A stretch of DNA of 64,000 bases from Octopus vulgaris (lineage: Eukaryota), in the NCBI GenBank assembly GCA_951406725.2, contig OX597824.1, positions 48,298,001 through 48,362,000 on the forward strand. Direction: 5' to 3'. The notes beneath the pieces are model-generated. The model made no database searches, was not told the DNA's origin, and worked only from the letters and a program-made list of their open reading frames with translations. Both the position numbers and the translations under genes were made by a program. This document shows positions 37,670-51,120 of the stretch, one piece after another (positions within the stretch are counted from its first letter, which is position 1; each line of letters starts with the position of its first letter).

Positions 37670-38901
37670 AGGTCAGTAGTAGTAGGGTCGTTCTACGAGT
37701 TCTCAGTTGGAATCAGTGTCAGTTACATGATATATACGAGTTCGAGTTACCATCAAAGTAGACGTTTCAAAGTTGTCTTGCGGAGCTACCAGCGATAGCA
37801 CAATAGACGAGTCAAAGATAATAAGACGGGGAATACCGCCACAATATAATAGTGGCGACAAGGAGATCACAGTGCCGACAACATACATGTGGGCAAAGAT
37901 TCACATTATAACAGCTTCGAGGTAGTGGGAGGGATATTCTCGGGGTTAATATATATGCAAGCAATGTTAGAAACATCAATTCGTCTTTAAAAACAAACAA
38001 AAAAACCCACTTCAAGTGTTGATCACGATATCAACAATATTAGAAGTATGTAGCTAAAAGGATGAATGGCGCTAGTAGCACCGAAGAGGAGAAGGGAGAA
38101 GGGAAAAAGAAGAAGAAAGTTATTCAACACAACATACATAAGAAGACGCCGATACGATCGCCTACCGCATAATGTAATCTTCCTGCAAACCTTACTCGCT
38201 ATCCAAATTTTGTTCTGGGCTTAATACCTTTTCAGTTTATATTCTTCGCCTACAAGAAAAACCACGTGTGCTTAAAGTAGAGGCAATTCATAGAACAAAA
38301 TAATATTAACGCTCCTCAAGGTGCCAAATAAAAAGTATGGTTTCGATTCCTGCATGAAACCATCGAACTTCCCTTGTAGAGATATTGCCTTTGGGAAATG
38401 TATGAAATATATAATAATTTATAACATGCTCTTATTAAATTGATGCCTGGTGGCAAGTTTAAAGAAACCAACGCGCAAGAAAATGTCAAATAAATAAACG
38501 TATGTTGCCAAATGGCATTTGGCCTTATTAAGAATATATGAGAACAAAAATTTGTATGCATAGCTGAAAAATACCCCCCTCCCCACGCCGAAAACAATGA
38601 GATATTGCATAGCTTCACAGGACGTATATAAAATTCTCGCAAAAGAACTGCTCTTTTCATACAACGCCAAGCTTTTCCGAAATAATAAAATTGTTCTGTG
38701 AATGACACAGCATGAGGTTTTAAGTAGTTTTTATTTTTCCGTATTTTAATTAATTCGCAAAAGCTATTAGGAAAGTTGGATAATTAAAAATTAAAGAGAA
38801 GAAGAGTTAATAAAACCAACGCAAACAGTGATGAAAGTACGAAAGGAAGATAGGAAGAGTTAGTTATGAGTTCGGTCTGTTTTAATGGCCTGCAGATGTT
38901 A

Positions 38902-39065
<164 letters not shown>

Positions 39066-40014
39066 TACATGCCTGTCTATACGGTTTGCATGTGTGTGTT
39101 TTCATATTTTCTTATGAAGAAAGAAAATAGTTCTAAGAACCAGAGCACTACCATTAGAAAATGAAATGAAGAGCTCTTCCTAGTTCCATGCTAAACTTTA
39201 CAAAAATCTTACTTGTTACCACAGATACGTTGATAAATTAAATTTGAAGCCAACAATTATATAATATTTTTTATTGTCTGAAAATTCGAAATTTTCGAGA
39301 ATTTTATTTAAATATTTTGTAGCATAACCAAATGTTTAGATGTAGTATAACCAAATACATTTTAGGTACGCATGTAAATTTATAATCAACATAATAAGGT
39401 TGTAGGGTTCGTGATAATTGCCTATAAACATTTTCCTTTTTACTGCTTTCGAATAAAATAACGACGTTGATTAGGATGCTAATCACTCCAGCACATTGTT
39501 TTCTGTACTTGATAATGGTATTGGAAAACCAGACGTTCGGGTGTAGAAGAATGTTCAATAAAATTTGAATATTGTTCTCGATAATTTTTGTCGATCGTAT
39601 TCTTTTAAAATCTATAACCGACTGTTTTCATGATATACATAAGCCATGCACCTTTTATTAACCTTTGTGCAAACTGGATTATAAAACTAATTCTCTCTTC
39701 TAAAGATTAAGTGGTTAAAAAGAGTTCACTAATTAAAGAGGACACTAGTATGTTTCCAAAAGACGCACTATCAGACAGGATCCCTAACCCATATCTCCTT
39801 TTCTCCAGGTCCTGATTAGTGTCCCGTCTTCCAGGATTCTAAGATGCCTGCCGGGACACTATCTTTTAGCTAGAATATCAATTACGGAAATCAGCCAAGG
39901 ATTATAGCTTCCTATTCCTCTCGTATCGCATATTCCAAATTATTAAAATATTTCGTTAAAGTAAAAGATAAAACTGCTGAGTTTTATCACCCTCTTTCAC
40001 ATCAATATCTGTAG

Positions 40015-40430
40015 ATGTAGGCAAGCCTGCAGAATCATTAGCACGCCGGGCGAAGTGGTTGGTCGCATTTTGCACATCTTTACGTTCTGAGTTCAAATTC
40101 CGCGGAGGTCGACTTTGCGTTTCTTCCCTTTAGGACTCGATAAAATAAATACCAATAGAGAGCACTGGAAGCGATATAATCGACTAGCTTCTTCTCACCA
40201 AATTTCAGAACTTGTGCCTATAAGGAAGGATTATTAAAAGGGCAGCGTGCTGGCAAAATCGTTAGCACACCGGGCAAAATGATTGGCTATATTTCGGCTG
40301 TCTTTATGTTCTTAGTTCAAATACTGCCGAAGTCGACTTTTCCTTTCTACCTTTCAGGGTTGATAAAAGGTAATCGATTTAACTCCTCCCTCGACATTTC
40401 TGGTCGCGTGTCAAAATTTGAAACCAATAT
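40015..40430 (+). mobile_element. Two head-to-tail SINE family A copies
   Basis: Heads near 40025 and 40245, cores near 40105 and 40330. Confidence 0.85.
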
Positions 40431-40739
40431 CGGTGGACGTAGGTTCAACCTTGATCTTACCCACCATCAACTGCTAAGGTGAAAAATGTTATTCCTCTTT
40501 GAGATACAAATTTCTCACGCATAAACTTGTATGATCTCTAAATCCAGCAGCTGTCTCAAACGTACCCGAACTCGAAGTCCTCCATCTACCGATTATGTTG
40601 ACTCGTTGATACAACTTTCCTTGACTTTCAGGGTCTCCCCACAACCTCCCCGTGGGGATAGAAGCTGAATAATTTAATCTGAACTGTTTGTATTTGTAAA
40701 CTGGACATCTAAGTGTCACTTTTGCAGATAAAAACCAAT

Positions 40740-41000
40740 GCTTTCCGCCCAATTTACTGCCAACTCCATACTGACACATTCATCACACAATATTCCATAC
40801 TCACTCTTCTTCTCATTGATTATTTACTTGCTGTTAGTCCCAACAACATCCTGTTCAAGGTTGATGATACCTCTCTTCACACCTCTTTAAACATCAGTAT
40901 ATAGGCACTAGACTGAATAATTAAACCGGAATCTCGAAAACATCCTCAAATAGAGATAGGATAACGCAGCCTTCTCCTACAGCAACGAATATACAATCGG
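40740..41000 (+). mobile_element. Old CR1/Jockey-like RT fragment
   Basis: TQYSILTLLLIDYLLAVSPNNILFKVDDTSL resembles PQGSILSPxLF...FADDT. Confidence 0.4.
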
Positions 41001-41110
41001 TGCGCTTTCTTGTTTTAATACCATTCAACCACATTTAACTAAAGACACAAGAACTACTCTACACAACCTCACAATCTTCGATGCGATGTGTATATATGCG
41101 CAATATACAG

Positions 41111-41486
41111 AGGCCCAGGCATGGTTGTGTGGTAAGAAGTTTGCTTCCCAACTATATGGTTCCGGGTTCATTGCCACTGTGGGATACCTCGGACAAGTGT
41201 CTTCTACTATAGCCTCGGGCCGACCAAACCCTTGTGAGTGGATTTGGTAAGCGGAAACTGAACGGAGCTGGCAGAAACGTTAGCACGCCGGGCGAAATGC
41301 GTAGCCGTGTTTCGTCTGCCGTTACGTTCTGGGTTCAAATTCCGCCGAGGTCAACTTTGTCTTTCGTCCTCTCGGGGTCGATAAATTAAGTACCAGTTGC
41401 GTACTGGGGTCGATGTAATCGACTTAATCCGTTTGTCTGTCCTTGTTTGTCCCCTCTGTGTTTAGCCCCTTGTGGGTAGTAAAGAA

Positions 41487-41520
<34 letters not shown>

Positions 41521-41850
41521 GTATATGTGTGTGTATATGTGTGTGTATATGTGTGTGTATGTATGTGTGTGTGTGTGTCTGTTTGTATGTATGTATATAT
41601 GTACGTGTGCATATATACGTATATATGTATAAACACATGTATGCGTATGTGTGTCTGTGTTTGTCCCCTACAACCGCTTGACAACCGCTCTTGGTGTGTT
41701 TAGGTCCCCGTTACTTAGCGGTTCGGCAAAAAAACCGATAGAATAAGAACTGGCTTTGTAAATAAAAAGTACTAGGGTTGATTTATTCAACTAAAAATTC
41801 TTCAAGGTAGTGCTCCGGCATAGCCGCAGTTTAATGGCTGAAAAATAAAA
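41111..41850 (+). mobile_element. SINE family B with a nested long-tail SINE family A (41262-41488)
   Basis: B 5' half stops at ggaaactgaa; a complete A copy follows, then the microsatellite and the B 3' half. Confidence 0.92.
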
Positions 41851-42659
41851 AAAAAGAACTTTATTCTGAAATTGAAGGAAGTTTTCGTTTTGGAAAAATT
41901 CAACGCAATTTTAAGATTTTCGGCAAATACATTGATACAGAATCCAGTGCACTTCCGATAATACTTGCACTTTTGGAAATAAGAATCTATGATCAGAACA
42001 CAAGAGCTGTAAGTTTCGTTTTATTTCACCATAGAACTGTTGACGAGACATTTGTATCTGCTGTGCAGCTGACCTTGCAATATTGCATAACTTGATTCTT
42101 TTCCCAACAAAAATATCAAATATGTAATCATTGCATCAGATCGATTTTTTTTATTGAAATGTTCGACTTGTATTCTATTTAAAAAAAAAAAACTGGATAC
42201 ATTCCAGTCCTGATAATTCTTTGGTATTACCATCAGACAACTTCTTCCTAATAATATCAATAATTTTAGCAACAATATTTTGCCTCATTAAAAGGTAAAG
42301 TTTTGTGGATATTTTCCTGCAGTGAAGGGAAAATCCATCGACTTTGGTGGAATTTGAAATCAGAAGCCTGAAGCTCAGGATTACACTCTGCAACGTTTGA
42401 GCTTACACTTCACCTTCACTGTCAACCCAATGCACCATTTTATTTGTTCATTTTCATGTAGGTTGAATGGTATTGATTTTATGACCCGGATCACAAGTAT
42501 TTCCAATGGAAGCGTGCCCCTCTTCTTCCTTTTTTCTTTCTTTTCTTCTCTTCGTATATGTGTTTATGTGGAGCACGTACACCTATGTGTGTGGTTATGC
42601 AAATAAATATACCTGAGAGTATGTAGTTGTGAAACATGAGTTCGTATGTCCACATATAG

Positions 42660-43266
42660 GAATAATAAATATGGGCGTGAGAGTATGAGAGTTTGTGTGT
42701 GTGTGCTTGTGTATTTGTGTGTGTTTGTATGTGTGTGAGTATGTGAGAGATGTGTGTTTCTGGAGGAAGGCTTGTATGTGTGGAGCACATAATGCATGCG
42801 TTCTTGCATTTAGTGTTTAAGAGCCTATGTGATTGCAAGCATCTACAGGCGTTTGCGAATATCTTTGTATATGCAAACACAAACATTGCTACATTCACAC
42901 ACAAGCACACACACACACACACGCACACACACACACACACACAAATACACACACTTATAAGCACGTGTTAGTATGCAACTGGCTGTGTGAATAAACGTTC
43001 GTGTATATAAGTGTGTGCATGTATGTGTTTGCGTGTGTATGTGTGTGAGTGCCAAAGATATTCGAAACGAATCGATCGATAGGTTCTGATTGATGCTTTG
43101 TGAATTTTCCTTTTACTTCCTCACTAATGGACAGTGGGTGTGTATTTGTTAGTATATGAGTATGTACATAGGTGTGTAAATATATGCATAGAGTCTGCGT
43201 AAACATAATCAATGTGCAGTGAGCGCTGGTTGACACGCACATGAATATATACATGTATGTGCATAC

Positions 43267-43315
<49 letters not shown>

Positions 43316-43436
43316 TAACATATATACATACACACATACACACACCTTTGTAGGTATATATTCTTCCATAATATACACACACACACCATACTCAGTATCT
43401 CAGAAAATGGCACACTTAAATATAAGCTTATGTATG

Positions 43437-43487
<51 letters not shown>

Positions 43488-43841
43488 GCACACTCATACA
43501 TATATGTACATGTATGCATATGTCAATTCATATGCATATATATATATATGTCAATAAGTGTGTGTGCGTGTGTGTCTCTATATCTATAGAGACACATAAT
43601 CACGCAAATATATTTTGTACACGCATATTTACATAAATGAATATGTGTATTTGCATGTATATATATATAAACATATTTGTATATATATGTATGTATATAT
43701 GTGTATGTATATATGTATGTCTATATATATATACATAGACATATGCATAAACGCATATGTATATATGTATATATATATATGCATGTATGTATATATATGT
43801 ATATATAAATGTATATATGCATGTATATATGTATATATACA

Positions 43842-43883
<42 letters not shown>

Positions 43884-43903
43884 TACGTAGATATCTGTGT
43901 ATG

Positions 43904-43934
<31 letters not shown>

Positions 43935-44459
43935 AATCCAAACGGGAAACAAAAAAACAACAACAAGGGAACAATTACAGTATTATTATTAATAGGCGCT
44001 CAGGAAATGGAAGCAGGGAATATATATATATACACACACAACTACATGAACTAGCGTACAATGCTTTCTTCTCGCGAATGCTGAAGTATAAACTTATAAG
44101 CATGGTTCCTTACCTTATTCAACGTGAAGAACTAACTAGAATTACCATCCTAGCTAAAAGATTTTCGCCATCTTGTAAGACAAGTCGGTAGCAGTAAACC
44201 TTTCTTTGAAGACTTTCTGTTTTTTGTTACTTTTTCTTTTTTGTTTTCTTCTTACAATTGTCAACTCAAACACCCATTACAAATAAAAAAGCAAATAAAT
44301 AAATAAATAAATAAATATAAACTTTCCCTCTTCGTACTATTTCTTTTTTTCTTTCCTTTTTTCCCCTGATTTTGTATCTCTTTTTCGCTGTCATTCTTTC
44401 TTTCGGTCTTCTAATATTTCTCCCCTTGATATTCTTCCTTATATTTCATTTGATTATCC

Positions 44460-44494
<35 letters not shown>

Positions 44495-44685
44495 GCTTTT
44501 GTTATTGTTGTCGTTGATATTATTCTTGTTGTTTTTTATATCATTATTGTTGTTATTGCTGCTGATATTCTTGTGATTATTTTGTTTAAGTTGTTGTTTT
44601 CTTTTGCTACTTTATCAGAAACATATTGCGTTCCTATCGCTTCTGTTGATTTCATGAAATGTATATGTGTGTGTGTGGAAGTGGT

Positions 44686-44719
<34 letters not shown>

Positions 44720-45262
44720 TGTATGTATGTATGTATGTATGTATGTATGTATGTATGTATGTATGTATGTATGTATGTGTGTGTATATGTATGTATATAT
44801 GTGTGTGTATGTATGTATATATTTATGTATGTATATACGTGTGTATGTGTATGTATATATGTGGGTGTATGTATGTATGTGCTTATTTATGTTTTTATGT
44901 ATGTATGTATGTAGTATGTATGTGTCTATGTATTTGTGAATGTATGGGGTATATACTTATATATATATATATATATATATACACATTAACACACATATAT
45001 ATACACACACATGTGTATGTATAATATACACAGATGCATACACACAAACCTTCACACACGTTCACACACACACGCAACCGCACACACACACACACACACA
45101 CACGCACACATGTATATATGTATATATTGTGTATTATTGCATGTGCGCGAGTGGCATGAGCATTTGACTGAATTTCGTTTATATGCATGATATGAAGTCA
45201 TGCTGCATCTTTTGTACCCCCACACAAGTTTTCTTGCATCTATGTATACATGTAGTTATATA

Positions 45263-45311
<49 letters not shown>

Positions 45312-45320
45312 GTGTGTAGC
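42660..45320. repeat. Extended degenerate alternating purine-pyrimidine microsatellite field ((TA), (CA), (TATG), plus (ATT))
   Basis: Direct reading; explains the many YI/CV/HT ORFs. Confidence 0.9.
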
Positions 45321-46904
45321 TACCACTTTGTCTGCATTTGCGTACGTCAAGAAAAACTTGTCGTCACACGTGCATATATGTGTACACATTATTTTGCAGT
45401 CGTTCTCCCCGTTTCTCCTCTACTTTTCTCCCGTTAAACCACTTCGATTTTATCGTTTATTCTCGGAATCTCCGAAGTCTCTTCTATTTCACTAAAATCT
45501 ATTATGCCACTGAATTTTGTTCCATTTTGTTTCCCCCTTATTTTTATATTCCTCTTCCCCCTTCTTAAATATTGCAAATCTCTTATTCTATTCAAGTGTG
45601 TATTTACTTAAAAACGTAATTTTGTATTTATTTGTAGGGGAGTGGGTGACACAAAGATGCTAACATCTTCCATCGATTTCCATACTCATTTCAAGGATTC
45701 CAGTTTGTAATTTAATTTTACAGCTTACTTTTGGATATTGTTCCAGTTTAGTTAGATTTAAATTCTTTACGTATAACAAGTTTAGATAACATAGCTTTTT
45801 AGTTTACCTTCCCTGACTCGTGCCCACTCATCGCCTCATACGACATTTTTTTCACTTGCAATGTCCTAACTAAAAGGTATAGTTGGATCAGTTTTGCTAA
45901 TCCTTCCTAAAGCTGATTATTATTTATTTCTCTGTCAGCTCCCACTTATCTTCTAACGGATTCTGGTTTACTTTTAGCGACAGATTTTTGTGAAGATTTA
46001 GACAATATATTTTCTGTCCTGATTTACTGGTGTTTGCATATAGCTCAGTCCCGTCTTATGTCTAAATAATTTAACGCTTCTCGAGTAAGCTATACTCTTG
46101 ACGGAGTTGCTTGTTTCTATTTTTAGATCGAAGTTACTGTAATTCTTTTCTGATTACTCTGCTATCCTTTTCGTAAAGATGTTGGCCTAGTGGTTACTAT
46201 TTGGCTCATAGTCATACTGTTGTCGGTTCACTTCCTGGATAAGGCGGTGCAATGGGTCTTTTTCAGCAAGGTACATGTACAACATTGATTTTCCGGAACT
46301 TTTGGTTCCAAAGCATTTCTGGATAACTGATTTTTCCGAAGCAGAGGATGTATTTACCTGTACATTAGTATAAATGATGAAAAATTTTTAATACTCTACT
46401 GCGCAAGGTACCAATCTGCGCAAGTATCAGTAAACTAGTCTGGCAGCCGCGGTAATTTGAAGTTTCTATTCTAACATTAGTGCGGATTATAAGACATTCT
46501 AGACCATCAGTGTCCGTAAAGTCGGTGTTCTACGTATATTTTATTTCACGTTGCTCCGGTCAACTCGGCTGAAAATAAGTAACAGTTGATTGCTTGTGCA
46601 GTTCTGTCTGTCTGTCTTTGTCTCTCTGTCTCTCGCTCTCTCTCTCGCACTCTGTCTGTCTGTGTGTCTCTCTAGCTGTCACATCGTGTCTGTATTGCTA
46701 GGTGAAATGGGGGGGGGAGGGTAGCCAAGAAGGTGTCTGTATCTGCTCGCGACTACCCAGTCACCTAAAACATCTAACGAAAACATGGTACATGTTGCCA
46801 AACCGTACTCGTTTGCCGGTGACGGCTGACTCTCTTATAATCCTTTTCATTCCTGCTGTGCAATAAATGTGAAAGGATTACATTTGGCATGTTTTTGTAA
46901 GCTT

Positions 46905-47280
46905 TTAATACGCCGAACGAAATGCTTTGTGCCATTTCTACCGGCTTTACGGTCTGAGTTCGAATGTCGCCGAGGTCGACTTTATCTTTTATCCTTTCGG
47001 GGTCGATAGAATATTTGGCATCGATGTAATCGAACTTACCTCTCACCAAAAAATTGCTGGCCTCGTGCCAAAAGTTGAAACCATTAAAGTTGGCAAGCAA
47101 GCAGTATCGTTAGCACGCTGGACAAAATGCTCAGCTGCATTTCTTCCATCTTTACGTTCTGAGTTCGAGGTCGATTTTGTCATTCGTCCTTTCGGGTTTC
47201 TATAAAATAAGAACCATTCCAGCACTGGTAATGACTTCTCCATCCTCTTAAAACTCTTGGACTTGTGCCAAATATAAGAA
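46905..47280 (+). mobile_element. Two head-to-tail SINE family A copies
   Basis: Cores near 46970 and 47165. Confidence 0.82.
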
Positions 47281-47574
47281 AAAAATAATTTCTCTCTTTC
47301 TACAGATATTTTGTTTTTGTAACCACTGACAATTACCTGTCCATTCTCCTGGAATAATCTACACAAACGCTCTCAAACTTAAAGAGAGTTCTATAAAATC
47401 TCATTTTGTGATAATTTCTTTCTTTTTTTTTGTTTTGAATGTTTCCTTCTCTTTGACTACGACATTATATTTTGATTTGTATCTTTTGAAACTTGCCAAG
47501 ATTTCCCGTTTTTTGTGTTTTGTTATTTATGTGCATTAATCTAATCCACATCATTATTTTTTTATCTCCCATTT

Positions 47575-48481
47575 GTTCAAAAAGTATCCGATATTATTCT
47601 TTTCCGCCAAACTAATGCCGCATGAGCAAAATCCTTTGGATGGAATGTGATACAATCCTTCCTGCACATGCGCGAAAATGTTCACGTCAGTAGGCCCCGT
47701 CCGTTCTCAGCTGTTACACCTAAAGCACAGATGTGTAGTACGAACTTGTCGGACTTTCGTTTTCACATAAAATTACAGAACGCATCGAGTAGAGACTACA
47801 AAAGCATGTCTCATCACCAGTGTTAATGGTCTTCATGAAGCTTGGATCATGGTTTGCACAGTCCAGCATGTCCTGAGCGAGTTCCACGCAGAGTTGCTCC
47901 TGCTACTTCCCCAGCATCTGGGGACCGAATTTCGCCGACACTCTCTACAGGCACAAATCCTCTGTTAAAGTGGAATGCTCTGATTCAGTACGTATTCCCA
48001 CTTCGCGAGTAACTTCTTGGACTGTTACACGACGGTCTTCCATGACTATTCGCCGATCCTTCCTTAATCGGCTTTTCGTTCCGGCTTGCGGGTGACGTGT
48101 CTAAGCAAGCCTCGCTCTTCACTGAGATACGGTCATACTTGAAGCAGTTGCACCACTCCTTGATCAGAATTTTCCCATGGTATCATCACTAAAGGCCTGC
48201 TGAATCTTCTGGATGGTTTGAGCCCGAGTATCACTTAGTTTTTGGCAAAACCTGATGCAACATCACTGCTCAATGCATTCGGTGAAAACTAAAATCTGAC
48301 CAGCGCGCACGACACACCTGTATTGTAGATGTAACAACCGGGAACTGACACAGCCTACCGACGCGAAAATTTTTATGCATGCGCAAGGAAGGGTGGCGTC
48401 ACCTCTCACTCAAAAGATTTTGCTCACGCAGCATTAGTTTTGGCGGGAAATAAAATCGGCTACTTTTTGAACGCACCGCCT
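47575..48481 (-). mobile_element. Internally deleted mariner with ~120-bp TIRs
   Basis: 47575-47695 mirrors about 48353-48472; interior reads EQ*CCIRFCQKLSDTRAQTIQKIQQAFSDDTMG...IKEWCNCFK (mariner HTH); no catalytic domain. Confidence 0.88.
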
Positions 48482-48839
48482 ATATGGATGTAACTGGTTG
48501 CCAGCGTCATGTATATTTTACTCAGTCTCTCTCTTCCTCTTTCACCTCTCCTTTTGCCGTCACACTCTTCAGACAGGCACACACATACACATACACACGC
48601 GCACACACATATGTAGGTATGTTTGTATGTGTATGTGTGTATGTGTACATATGTGTATGTATGTATGTAAAAAACAACAGAATACTTAGAATAAATATAC
48701 AAAAATGATTTTCATCGGGTTTCTGTATAAACAATAACCTTCAAAGTATATGAACATCATTCGCATTTCGGGAATCTTGGATTTACTGATTTACTATGTT
48801 TTTTTTACTATATTAGGTAGTAGATTTTATTATTTATTA

Positions 48840-49150
48840 AGCTTAGTTATACGGTGCATTTCTATGACCTTTCAGTCCCCACACTGCACAAAAGACTTGG
48901 AAAGATGCTTGACGTTTCATACACGAGAATGCTTCGTGTAGTTCTCAGCCATTTTTGGCAGCAACACCTTACAAAGCAGCGACTATAGGACAGTCTTTCT
49001 ACTACTACCTCAGTAATCAGAGAAAGAACACGTTATGTAGCACACCGCTGCAGAAGCAACGATGAAATATCCAGCGATCTCCTTCACTGGAAACCTTCGC
49101 ATAGACATACAGGTAGGATGAGCGTATAAGTAATACGAGCGTATATCAAT
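48840..49150 (+). mobile_element. RTE-like LINE C-terminal fragment
   Basis: LDVSYTRMLRVVLSHFWQQHLTKQRL...VIRERTRYVAHRCRSNDEISSDLLHWKPSH. Confidence 0.8.
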
Positions 49151-49169
49151 TAGTTTGTGAATGATACTA

Positions 49170-50480
49170 CAGTATTTCCCGATTGAATTCGTCCCTTTCT
49201 CAAATGAATTCGTCCCTTTGGTTTTAAAGTCCGATTTAAAACATAATAGTTTAATCATTTTTAACATGCAAAACAAGAAAGTATCTGAGCAGGATAAAAA
49301 AGAATATTTTCTGCTTCCAGAAACAGCGAAAATTTGAAATCGTTGTCCCACTCCCTTGATATTAACTACAGCACAATCAAAACAATTGCACATAAAGATT
49401 ATTCTCCAAAGAAAAAATGAGGGTACCGACACCGAAAAATCAAGGAAACTCATAAATTTTTATAAGAATCGATTAATGAGGACCCAACTTTAACTTTGAA
49501 AAGAATGAGAGAACTTTTACAAATGAAATTCGATTTTACTTTTTCATTATCAGCTATTGATTGCTACCTTGACGGCTATGGATCCACTCCGAAAAAATGA
49601 ATAATTCGCCCTCAAGAACGAAATAACGAAAACAAAAAAAGGAGCGATGTTATTACGCAAAATTGCTTCAAGGTAATGGATTGGCTATTCGTCGAGTAGA
49701 TATTTTTTTCTACTCTAGGCACAAGGCCCGAAATTTTAGATCGACCCCAGTACGCAACTGGCACTTAATTTATCGACCCCGAAAGGCAAAGTCGACCGCG
49801 GCGGAATTTGAATTTCGTCGTGTAAATATTGATGAAACAAATTACATTTGTATTTCGAGGTAAATGATTATTATATTTGGTAAATACATATATAAAGTTT
49901 TTGTTTATGAAATGCTTTTAGATTTTTTTTTAAGGTCAATGGGCAGAGCTTACTGTGGAGTTCAGGCAATCACTGATCGTCCTTCTACAAAAGGGGAAAA
50001 TTTAAACAATATTGCCGCTATGGGTATGTTGGGTCTTGTCCAGTTTGAAACATTTGAATTTAGCAACTTTTGAATTCAACAGCTTTTTACACCAATGTTT
50101 GCTAAAGATCGCTGCTACTACATCAGATCCTGCCATATTTATTATGGACAATGCGTGCCTCCATAAACATGCCGATGAAAATGATTTCGCGTCACAGCAT
50201 ACGGTTAAATATCCACTTCCTTATTCCCCAGCGTTTAATCCCATTGAGGAAATGTTCAACGAAATGAAATCTTTTGCGAAGCAGTATCTACAGAGTCATA
50301 GAAATGATCTCCAAAACAGACCAGAAAATTTACCCATGACGATTCATAGAATGAATATTGTAAAAACGGCAATGTATTTTTCAATGGATTCAATATCTGC
50401 TGTAAATTGTGCAAGATATGATCGACATCAAACATTTTTCATCCCACAAACATTGAAGATGAAAGATTGGTGAAATATTT
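49170..50480 (+). mobile_element. Decayed IS630/Tc1-like transposon with a putative 75-bp intron and a nested SINE
   Basis: TA-CAGTA end; VNIDETNY, SMGRAYCG...RPSTKGENLNNIAAM, FIMDNACLH...PYSPAFNPIEEMF; no right TIR found. Confidence 0.85.
49706..49813 (-). mobile_element. 5'-truncated SINE family A with ~17-bp TSD
   Basis: ttcgtcgagtagatatt and ttcgtcgtgtaaatatt flank the core. Confidence 0.85.
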
Positions 50481-50691
50481 ATGATTATAAGAGTTTTAGA
50501 ATAAGTTGAAATCGTATAAGCTTAGTTTTTCCGTTCATTTTTCACTATTCTCGTGCTAAGATACTATTTCGCATGTTTGTTTAAACTTATAGGTGTCTCA
50601 TTTTTAAATATTTAAGATCTAAATTGACTTTTATATCAAAGCCAATATTTTTCATATGAATTTATAATAACAATAGTAGTAGTAGTAGTAG

Positions 50692-50725
<34 letters not shown>

Positions 50726-50728
50726 TAG

Positions 50729-50918
50729 AGTCAAAATAAAAAAAGAGTGCCATTGTTATCTAGTGAACGATATTTCGACATTTTGTGTGTCTTCAACTTT
50801 CTATATTAATCAAAATGAAGTAGATTGACAGATTTATTTCTTGAACCAGTTGAAGACACACAAGATCTCGAAATATCATTCACTAGATAACAAAGGCTAC
50901 CTTCTTTTAATTTTGACT
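50729..50918. repeat. Hairpin with ~70-bp arms and a 49-bp spacer
   Basis: 50729-50798 is a near reverse complement of 50848-50918. Confidence 0.92.
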
Positions 50919-50984
50919 TCAGGGGGAGTTACCTCAATCCTGTCTATATTATTAATAATAATAATAGTAATAATAATAATAATG

Positions 50985-51120
50985 GCTTCAAATTTTGGCA
51001 CAAGGCTAGCAGTTTTAGGGGAGGGGTATGTTGATTACATCGACCCCAGTGTTCAACTGATACCTATTTTATTAACTCCGAAAGGATAAAAAAGTCAGCC
51101 TGGGCGGAATTTGAACTTAA
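50985..51120 (-). mobile_element. SINE family A 3' fragment
   Basis: aattttggcacaaggctagcag...atcgaccccagtgttcaactg. Confidence 0.8.

Noticed and set aside
46170-46280. tRNA-like A/B boxes (also 36550-36620 and 56673-56720)
   Set aside because: No cloverleaf; most likely decayed SINE heads.
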